DNA of 63,353 bases, the filler included, from Intoshia linei (taxonomy: Eukaryota; Animalia; Orthonectida), in NCBI GenBank assembly GCA_001642005.1. It is 8 parts of 8 records of this genome, joined end to end, with 100 filler letters (N's around TTAATTAATTAA, not from the genome) between each part and the next. Parts side by side here need not be neighbours in the genome. Positions count along the whole stretch, not along the records: positions 52,947 to 56,088 come from LWCA01002136.1; positions 56,189 to 57,456 come from LWCA01002754.1; positions 57,557 to 59,223 come from LWCA01002530.1; positions 59,324 to 60,434 come from LWCA01002781.1; positions 60,535 to 63,353 come from LWCA01002206.1; 3 more parts are not named here. One strand, written 5' to 3'. The notes beneath the pieces are model-generated. The model searched no databases. It saw nothing but the letters and a program-made list of their open reading frames with translations, and was not told where the DNA came from. Positions 53,487-63,353 of the stretch are shown one piece after another. Position 1 is the stretch's first letter, and every line of letters starts with the position of its first letter. The position numbers and the translations under genes are program-made.

Positions 53487-56088
53487 AAATCATTCAATAT
53501 TGACTGAATACAACCACGAAGATTATTATAATTTCATATTAAATGATATGGATTTATCTGATGACTGTCAGATAAATTCAATCATCAAGGTTGAAAACAA
53601 GAACCAAAGAGAAATTTCAAATTCTACCATAATTTCAATCAAAACAAAATCAGTAAACCAAGATGATAAATTGATCAACTATAAAAAAAACTTTGCTTTT
53701 GATGTCAAAAATACAAATAAAATGTATATTATTCAGTGTTGGTGGTCTATAAATGGAAATGTCATTGTTTATATACTTTCCGGAGAATTATATGAAGTAC
53801 GCAAATGATTAAAATTCATATTAAATCATTCACAATTTAATTTTAGATCAATTTTAAAAGTGGAAAAGTTTTACAAATTTATAATTTAAATGGTACTTTT
53901 TCATTTATAGCATTAATTATTTTTTAGACAAAAATGCATTTTCTTTATCTAATAATGACGACCCCTTAAATTGTCAGTTTCATAAAGATGGATTATATGT
54001 TACTACAAAATTTGGCTATTTAAATTGTTACACTTTAAATTTTGAATCAATGGAAATTACGATTAATAAATCAGAAAAAATTTCTGACAAGGATTTAATT
54101 TTTGCAATGTGGAATAATAATTGCGAATATTTATTTCTCAAAAATATTGAAGTGAATACGAATTAATAATTTTTTTTAATTTTGAATTAGAATAATATTA
54201 ATCAAATTAAAATTAAGGAAGAAATTTTAATTAATAAAATTACGAATTATGCTTATGGTAAAATTGTTGGAGTCATATCATTGTGCGGATCAGAAGATTA
54301 TTCATATGTAATTTTTTTCATTTTTTAAAGGTTTCGTAGTTTATTTTAAAATTTTAGGTTTTTAGAGAAAATGGTTTATATCAATCGATTAATTCTGCAA
54401 CCGGCATGATTGGTTCTTACAAATCACTAAATATCACGGTGATTCATATATACATATTAATAATTCATATTAGCTTTTTTATTATTGTATTATGGTAAGG
54501 TATGGAATAGTTTATAATTTTGATTAAATATTGTACAATGAAACTTCCGCTATTCACCAAAAATGAAATTCAAATTTTTTAGCTAAATAACGGAATTTTT
54601 ATATGAAAATTATGTATTATATGAAAAAGTAGCGTTTATTTGAGTTAATAGTGGAATTTAACTGTATATATCATATTAAATATAAACATTAGATAAGCAT
54701 TGTAGTAGCTCACCCATTACATAAAAATATTGTGTTTATTGGAAACAAAGAAGGATTTGTATATTTTGTAAAAATTTCAGAAATTTCGTATGCTGTTTTG
54801 TCAATGACAAGACTATTTAAACAACCTATAACATCATTAAATTGCACAAATAATGGTAAGTTACTATTGGTTGGATCACGCAATGTTAAAATTTTCATAA
54901 TCAACATGTATGGACAAAGAAAGTTTGAAACTATTGGTTACATTGAAGTACCCTCGTTAAATTACATATTATCTACAAACGGACAAGATAAATATGTTTC
55001 CCAAGTTATATGCGCAATAAATGACGTAAACGATTTTAGCGAATACAATAAATTTGTCCAATTTTCTCTAGATTCAGCGTTGCTCAATAATCGTAATATT
55101 AACTTACAAATTTGTTCAATTAAGATGATTAATTTAAATCTAGATTATGAATCCATATTTACAGTTAATAAAAATGAAACGAATACTGAAAATGAAATAC
55201 AAAATACTTTAAAATTTTCAGATACTTTAATAAATACAACATTATGGGATCTTAAATTACCTTGCAGAGACATATCGTTAACTAAGGAATTAAAAATTTA
55301 TGGTAGTGGTGTTAATGTAATGCATACTTATATCTACAATTGGTTGACTGATCCTCCCAGAAAGGTAGACTGTATATTTTATTAGTTAAATATTTAAAAT
55401 ACTAATTATTTCATTTTTAGAAATTCAGATATTCTCCAATTGAAATAATTGATGATTCAAATTTAAATATTAATTATAAACTTTTAAAAATAAATGATAC
55501 AATAATTAAATACGACAATACAGGCAACGTCAAAGTTTGTAGCACAGCTAATTCGGTAAAACATAATTATAGTTTAAACATCAAAAATTATAACTTAACA
55601 TAATTTGATATGTTGGTATTGTTATGTATAAATGTATAATAATAATTTTTAATAGAAACCTTATGAAACCCATGTACTAGCACATAAACAAAATAAAATT
55701 AAAAACCTTTACATATTATCTCAAGAAAATTTAATTTATCTACTTTTTGAAGATAATTGTTTGCAATGTATCAAATTAAAGTAATTTTACATTTTATGCA
55801 ATTTATTGTAGATTACAATTACTTAAATAATACAGGTATACATTTATCTCTAAATTCAAAACACATTTAATTAATTTTAGTAATGTATCAATGGATAAAT
55901 ACAATAGCTATATTCTAAAAAATAGTACCTTTATAAAGACTGAACATGATGCAGTACAAACCATAAAATTGGTACATTTTTGCATATTATTATTAATATT
56001 AAAAATCATACAAAAATATTGTTACATTTAGCCTGAAGATTTTGCTATACCGGAAGAAACTTGGTGTGATTTGCAAAATAAAAAAGTT
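53487..56088 (+). CDS. CFAP43: cilia- and flagella-associated protein 43 (WDR96), internal multi-exon fragment between gaps
   Basis: IVVAHPLHKNIVFIGNKEGFVYFVKIS..RLFKQPITSLNCTNNGKLLLVGS..IFIIN...FETIGYIEV, upstream WWSING..ILSGELYE and downstream EETWCDLQNKK resemble the CFAP43 WD region. Confidence 0.7.
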
Positions 56089-56188
56089 NNNNNNNNNNNN
56101 NNNNNNNNNNNNNNNNNNNNNNNNNNNNNNNNTTAATTAATTAANNNNNNNNNNNNNNNNNNNNNNNNNNNNNNNNNNNNNNNNNNNN

Positions 56189-57456
56189 GACATAAATTTA
56201 ATATAAAATTTAACTATCATACATATTATAATATAACACATAAATCATTTACAATTTAAATTACATCAAATTATAAATAATATTACTGTTTAATAAAAAG
56301 TAAGAAATATAAAATATTAATTGAATAATATGTGACACTAATTTGATATAAAATTTAATTATAACACATATAATATAACACATAAATCATTTACAATTTC
56401 AATTTCATTAAATTATGAATAATATTAAATTTAAATAGAACGTAATAAATATACAAAATTATTTAAATAATGTGATAGAAATTTGATATAAAATTTCACT
56501 ATAATACATATCATAATATAAAACATATATTATTTACAATGTAAATTTCATCAAAATATCAGTGATATTACATTATAATTGAAAATAATAAATATAAAAT
56601 ATTATTTAAATAATATGTGAACTAAATTTAATATAAAATTTAACTATCCTACATATTATAATATAACACATAAATCATTTACGATTTAAATTTCATTAAA
56701 TTATAAATAATATTACTGTTTAATAGAAAGTAAAAAATATAAAATATTAATTCAATAATATGTGAAACTAATTTGATATAAAATTTAACTATAACACATA
56801 TAANTCATATTACATTTTAATAGAAGGTAAAAAATATACAATATTATTTAAATAATGTGACACGAAAATGATATAAAATTTATCTATAATTCATATTATA
56901 ATATGATACATAAATTATTTACGATGTAAATTTCATCAAATTACAAGTAATATTACATTTTATTAGAACGTAACAAAAATACAAAATTATTTATATAATA
57001 TATAACACATTTGATATATAATTTAACTATCATACATATTATAATATAACACATAAATCATTTACGATTTAAATTTCATTAAATTATATGTCATACTACA
57101 TTTTAATAGAAGGTAAAAAATATACAATATTATTTAAATAATATGTGACACAAATTGTATATAAAATTTAGTAAAAATACATATTATATAACACATTTAT
57201 CATTTACGATTTAAATTTTATCAAATTACAAATTATATTACATATTTATAGTAGGTAAAAAATATATCAAAAAATATTAAAATAATATGTGACACAATAT
57301 TAATGTAAATTTAACTATAATACACATTATAATATAACACATTTATTATTTACGATTGAAATTTTATCAAATTATGAATAATATTACTGTTTTTTAGAAA
57401 GTAAAAAATATAAAATATTTTATAAATCATATGTGACACAATATTAATATAAATTT
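56189..57456. repeat. AT-rich tandem satellite, ~140-145-bp unit, about 9 copies
   Basis: ATAACACATAAATCATTTAC(A/G)ATTT..ATATGTGACAC recurs with ~142-nt period; flanked by gaps. Confidence 0.9.
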
Positions 57457-57556
57457 NNNNNNNNNNNNNNNNNNNNNNNNNNNNNNNNNNNNNNNNNNNN
57501 TTAATTAATTAANNNNNNNNNNNNNNNNNNNNNNNNNNNNNNNNNNNNNNNNNNNN

Positions 57557-59223
57557 CTTAACAGTTATTTTTTTTTATAAAACTTTTCAGTTTTTATTAA
57601 AATAATAATAAAAAATAATAATTTTTTAATTAATTTTTAATATTAATAAATAAGATTAATTAATATATAATTAAAAATAAAGAAATTAAAAGAGGAATAA
57701 TACGTAATTTGGAAGTTGATAATCGCATAGTTTTATCTTATAATAAAGTATGTAGGTTAATAATTACAATACAATCACAACAATTAATATAAAGATGTTA
57801 TTCATTCATTTAGTATTCCTAATTTGGGACTTAAAATAGATGCAATTTTAGTTCGATTAAATAATAGAATAATTTTTGAAAATTCAATTAAATATGAAAT
57901 TTATTTAATATAGTTTTACTTTTATTTTTAATCATAATATTTTTTATTATATTAGTTTTATTTAATACTAAATTTAAAAATATAGTAATGATAATAAATA
58001 TATTACAATTTTTTTTAAAAAATCTAAATTTAGATTGTTAAGAATTTCATTTATTCCTGTTTTTTTATTGGTTGTTTATAGTAATTTTTTGACATTAATT
58101 TTACCCCACACTCCTAAAATATCTACACAAATATTTTATACTTTTTGACTTTCTTTATTATTTTGATTGATAATCATAATTTCCCAAATTACTAAAAGAT
58201 TTTCATTATTTGTTCAACATAATATTCCAAGAGGATCCCCTCTTTTTCTTTCAATTTTATTATTTTTAATTGAAAATTTAAGTAATTTTATTCGTCTACT
58301 AACACTAAGATTTTAAATTTTTGCTATTACTTCAGGAGCAAACATTATTATAAATTTAACTGCTTCTATAATACTTTCATTTTTACCTATTTTTAGTTAT
58401 AAACTTAAAAATTTTTATATTTTTAGTATTTTATTTATTGTATTAATTCTATTATTTTAATATGATGTAATAATATGTTTAATACAAGACTATATTTTTA
58501 TAAGACTATTAAATAATTATTCTAAATAACACAATTAATTATAGTATTTTATTATCTTGTGTATTATTATTATTTATAACAATAAATTATTTAAAAATTT
58601 TATTTATAATTATATTAGTAGAAATATTAGGTTTAATATTACTTGTCCTTTTTGTATAATAATAAAATCAACAAAAACAATTTCTTATAAATTGGGTGTT
58701 TATTTTTATTAAATTTTTTTTTATTATTTATTTTTATATGAGGTAACTTTGTGTTAACAGAATATATTTATTTGAGTTTTTATGACATAAATTTTTATAA
58801 ATGTGTAAAAATAGGTATATTATTTTTTATTTTTTCAGAGGTAATATTTTTTTCAAGATTTTTTTTGTAATTTATATTTTTTTCTTAAAATCAAAAATTA
58901 AAATTTGGTTTAAAATGATTTTGTTTAGAAAAATTTAAAATAACTTTTATAAGAATTCCAATGCTTAATACTCGTAACTTAATACTTAATGCTAAAGCTT
59001 AATGCTTAATTATATGAGTATATAAAAAGTGTTTTTTTTAAATGATTCTGTTTTTGGAAATTGTTTTTTTATTTATACATTATTTTATAGATTTCATGTT
59101 TTAATTGGTTTTTCATTATTATTAATTTCTTTTATATTTTTTCTTAAAGGTTTTTTTAGAAATAAAAACTTAATTTATTTTAAAATATCTGCTTGATATT
59201 GACATTTTGTTAATGTTATTTGA
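57557..59223 (+). pseudogene. mitochondrial-derived segment (probable NUMT): cox2 (~57557-57865), atp6 (~57990-58529), cox3 (~58620-59223)
   Basis: With the invertebrate mitochondrial code: cox2 RNLEVDNRMVL and DVIHSFSIPNLGLKMDAILVRLN; atp6 HNIPSGSPLFL..LIENLSNFIRLLTLS and CLMQDYIF; cox3 GMLFFIFSEVMFFSSFF, IPMLNT, FHVLIG, AWYWHFVNVIW (TGA=W). Stops, frameshifts and deletions present. Confidence 0.88.
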
Positions 59224-59323
59224 NNNNNNNNNNNNNNNNNNNNNNNNNNNNNNNNNNNNNNNNNNNNTTAATTAATTAANNNNNNNNNNNNNNNNNNNNN
59301 NNNNNNNNNNNNNNNNNNNNNNN

Positions 59324-59733
59324 ATGTCCGCCGACAATGAGTCCCCGGAACATTTCCTTAATATTATACCATGTCTTTTAAATTTGTATAACCACCCTAC
59401 ACTAACATTAAATGCTGCGGTAGATGGATAAAAGATATTTTTGAAATGTTGGGCCTTCTCTGTCATTATTAAATTGTTAGTAGGTACGGATCTACATCTA
59501 CGTTCTATAAACCAATAGAATAATGCGTCTTCCATTTTAGGATATAAGGATTTTTTAAAATTTACATAAAATATTTTAGAAAAATTAATCAATTTGTCTT
59601 TATTCTTTTTTATGTAATAAATAGTACTCCTTGATACTTCATATTTATTAGATAATTCAGATGGTTTCATTCCACTATTAATATCCTTTAAAATTTTCAG
59701 TTTTTGTGATATATTTAAATACATTATAGACAA
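59324..59733 (-). mobile_element. pogo/Tigger transposase N-terminus (CENP-B-type HTH), truncated by a gap
   Basis: LNISQKLKILKDI..LSNKYEVSRSTIYYIKKNK..YPKMEDALFYWFIERR..P....MTEKA..F.VSVGWLYKFKRHGI...SGDSLSAD. Confidence 0.9.
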
Positions 59734-60139
59734 AATTAAACGATAGTAACTTTTTTACAAATTTGAAATTTACAATTACAAAGAAAAATAATTAAGCTAG
59801 AAACAAATTTAAAAAAATAAATTGTATAACTAAAAATATGAACAATATTATAATGTCACCAACACGTTTAAATTCTCAAACGCCAATTTCCGTTAAAATG
59901 AAGTTCAGTTTTAATTTCTCCATAATATTTTTACAGTGATATTTAAAATGACAAACGCAACTCAAATAGATAGCGTTAAATGTTTTTGATTGCGAATTAG
60001 TTTTTCTATTTTAAAAATACACACTTTTAGTGATAATTGCCCATCCAACTCTAAAATTTTCGAAAAAATGTGACACCCTAGTGCAGCGGTTCTCAACCTT
60101 TTTCAGGTCATGGCCCAAAAAAGTTTTGCCTAAAATTAC

Positions 60140-60433
60140 ATAGCTCACTTTTATATTCTCGTTTATTTTAATAACAATCAATATGAAACTAACTCTATTT
60201 TATTTATATAACAACGGAATACAACATTCTTCCCTTGGTAGTTGAGATTGATAGACTATTCCAAAATATACTCGTTCCCAAATCTAATTGGCAATTTGGC
60301 ATTTCGCTTTGGTCTTGTACTTGAAACATCTATTGCTTCAACTACATCTTGATTTAATACTGTGTTTCAGCTTGATCAAATATATCATCCAAAATTGAAT
60401 ACCTGGTATTATTGGGAACTCTGTCTGCTTTAT
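60140..60433 (-). mobile_element. 3' end of an LTR retrotransposon: pol tail, PPT and start of the 3' LTR
   Basis: Minus strand ..RPKRNAKLPIRFGNEYILE* followed by the purine tract AAGGGAAGAA (60236-60227) and TGTTGTA... (LTR start at 60226) containing AATAAA. Confidence 0.7.
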
Positions 60434-61297
60434 ANNNNNNNNNNNNNNNNNNNNNNNNNNNNNNNNNNNNNNNNNNNNTTAATTAATTAANNNNNNNNNN
60501 NNNNNNNNNNNNNNNNNNNNNNNNNNNNNNNNNNATAATTGTTAAATTAATTTCTAATTTGTAAATATGAACACAATTATATATTCAGAGTCTCAAATTC
60601 AGAAATTATTCACTTGACAAACACTTGTAAGCGAAATATTTGCATAAATGTTTAAATCAATTTAAATACATATGGCATCTGGCATATTTAAATTTGTTTA
60701 GTAAATAAATCTATAGATTAAATTTATATAGCGGTTACATCTAAAATTTTATGAGAAATTAATTATATCTTAGTTACGTTAATTTTAAACTTGTTCAATT
60801 CGGGAAAAAAATTTGTGTTTGTTATAGAAATTTTAGCCCGAGTGATCTCGATTAGGCATAGTCGTTACTACTACATACATGTATAGTAGGGTGGTTCAAA
60901 AAAAAAATTTTAAAAAGTACTTTTGAGTATATTAGGGCAATTGGGTAAAAATCACTTGTACAAATTTTTACAGCACAAAATTAATTATTGCTTCGCCACT
61001 CATCACCACCAAATTTATGTTTATTATATATAGTATAAACATGTGGTGTTGATTATACGTAATAATTCATTGTTAAAGTTTAACTTAAACAAATAAAATA
61101 TACTTATTTATTACATTAGTTTATAATTATTATTACACACAGTTTCACAGTAAAAGTTTAAGAACAAAATTACGATTTTTTATGACAAGCTCAAGTAAAT
61201 TATGTGTAAAAATTTTTATGGTAAGTCGATAGTGTGTCAAATGAATCGAAAATGAACGAAAGTGTGTATTATTATTAGCCAAAATTATACTACGATT

Positions 61298-62300
61298 TTA
61301 GTAACAAATTTGAATTAAATTTAAAAAAATATATATTAGATACTGAGTGATTTTTTCTAACATAAATAATCTGTAACTATCTGGATTAAAAATTTTAACT
61401 TTTTCGCCTCCAAGTTTAAGTTGAATGTGATATGCGACTTCAAACATCACAGTTGTAACCATATGTTTGTAATACTCCATTTTCACGTTCAATTTTAAAG
61501 AATTTATCAAAAATTTGATTTATAAAATTTTTCAAATACTGTTCTCTGTCAATTGCGTACGGGTCATAATATGTAAGCTTATTTTCGTTGCAAATCAGTT
61601 ATGATTAATTTAATTAATTAATTTTGAACGCATTTAGAACTAAATGAACTCTTTCATTGTAAAATTCGTTTCTGATTGATTTTTATACAACAAAATTACT
61701 TTTTAATTTTCACGAATTATTTATTTATAGTATTTTTTAAGAATCTATTTTTCATCAACTGATAAAATTTAAAAATCTTGCGTTGAAGCGGTAATAGTGC
61801 ACGGTAAAATTGTTAAGGTTTTTTTTTTGGCCAGTTGAAAGTGAATTATGCGTAAAAAAATTTTTTTTACTACATAATCTGTTTGATATTTTTTGATCAA
61901 ATTAGTAGAAAAAACTAGCCAATCAAGAGGAAAGGCATCCATGGCTTGAAATTCATAAAGCTCATCCTTTGAGTTGCAATTTTCAATTGAAATATTCCTA
62001 CTACTAAACTTTCTATCAATTTTTGAATCAGTCTGTCTTAAACAGCTTGAAGGAACATAAAATATTGAAGGAGGATTAACTGGCCTAAATCTGCCATATA
62101 CTTGTTTAGTAGGATAATTCTCCGGCCAGTGTTTCTCAAACACACATATTATTTGTAACACCATCAGAAAAAACATTAGGCATGTCACTTATCCATTGTA
62201 CTTTTTCCTCTTCATTACATGGAAATCCATAGGTTTTCACCTTTTCACATCCTTCATCATTATTCGTACGGCAATTTGCTAAGGAACACTTTTGTAACAT
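61298..62300 (-). pseudogene. THAP-domain transposon gene (P-element/Kolobok-like), frameshifted
   Basis: MLQKCSLANCRTN...YGFPCNEEEKVQWI..MP...MCV/(frameshift)/EKHW...RPVNPPSIF gives the C2CH THAP signature; downstream frames are broken. Confidence 0.78.
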
Positions 62301-62399
62301 AATAAGTAGAAAATAGCTGAAAAAAGATTAAATGTTTTAAATCTATTAGGAAAATGTCAATATTTCACTAAATTGAAATAAAGTTACTATTTTTAAAAT

Positions 62400-63353
62400 T
62401 AGTGATTGTAATATTCCGGGAAATGACAAAAATCGAGAACCGGGAAATTTAATTTTTAATTTTTTTTATTCATATATTATATAATATAGAAGCATTAAAA
62501 ATTTAGAGACCTTAATTAATTTTAGAAACAAAAAGAAATTTAATTAAATAACACGAATCTATATTGAAATTTACAAATTTAATTAGGAAAAAATTTATTT
62601 ATTTTGGACTGTTAAAAAAGTGTTTTAAAACACACATAATATTGATAGATGCGTCATTTAAACGCGTTCTTCGATATGTAACGAAATTAGAAGCAGTAGA
62701 GAAATTTCTTTCATTATGTGTTGACGTAGGTTGAACGGTCATAAGGGCTTCCTTTAATTTTAACAATCTTGATGATAGCGTTCCACTTCTTTCATATCGA
62801 TCGAATTCATCATATAAATTGTGAGAATTTGATAAGATATTATTTGACTTCATACTATCAAAAATAGATCTTTCCAATCTTTCGAATATATCTATTTCTT
62901 GTACATCACATATCTTATCATCTGAATAAATGATATCTTCTTTAAATAGTTGATCTATAAGGGATTTACAAAATATTAATGTTTCACTTTTTGTACACAT
63001 AGGGAGATCATTGCAGGTTGTTTTCAGTCTAAAATGATTGCAATCATGTAGAAATTTAATAAGAGTAAACAGTTCTTTGCTTCTCCTTTTCATTATTTCA
63101 CTTTTTAATTTTAAGTGTAATTGTATCGAATAATCTCCACTAATTATTTCTAATTCATTGTAAATAAATTGAATGATAGCATCTGCTTTTAATAAGTTCA
63201 TGTCGGCGTTACTCAATGCCTCGATACCAATCTTAACCGGTTTGAGAATATTAGAAATTTGTATAGCTACATCTAAAAATCCATTATTCCATATAAATAA
63301 TAAGTTTAGATCATTTAAAGCAGTTATTACTGAATCCGATACTTTCAGGAATC
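62400..63353 (-). mobile_element. hAT transposon 3' portion: uninterrupted transposase C-terminus (63351-62599) plus terminus TAGTGATTG at 62400
   Basis: Frame is open from the window edge: ..ILKPVKIGIEALS..NLLKAD...LMTVQPTSTHNERNFSTASNFVTYRRTRLNDASINIMCVLKHFF (hAT dimerisation domain); subterminal CCGGGAAAT repeats. Confidence 0.9.

Overview
Very AT-rich animal (invertebrate) nuclear DNA with compact genes and mostly tiny GT-AG introns (about 33-46 nt). The architecture resembles reduced parasite genomes such as orthonectids (inference only). Genes reconstructed by hand across introns: the 3' part of IK/RED, TBX20/H15 (T-box plus eh1 motif), a MARVEL-like membrane protein, a candidate micro-exon gene head-to-head with a small secreted Cys-rich gene, an unknown 9-10-exon gene with an in-frame TGA, LRRC71, a SERBP1/HABP4-like gene, WDR74, PNO1, CDK5RAP1, an LRR gene and part of CFAP43. 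Larger introns and intergenic DNA carry MITEs (hAT with 8-bp TSDs, Tc1/mariner with TA TSDs), foldback elements, a non-autonomous Helitron family, transposase relics (mariner, Tc1, pogo, hAT, THAP), the 3' end of an LTR element, two satellites and a degenerate mitochondrial cox2-atp6-cox3 segment. The N50-TTAATTAATTAA-N50 blocks are assembly linkers. Most interesting points: WDR74 and PNO1 stop codons only 5 nt apart, operon-like spacing of 28-67 nt between tandem genes, a translation/ribosome-biogenesis cluster with CACGTG E-boxes, the symmetric phase-1 micro-exon chain, and the in-frame TGA exon.
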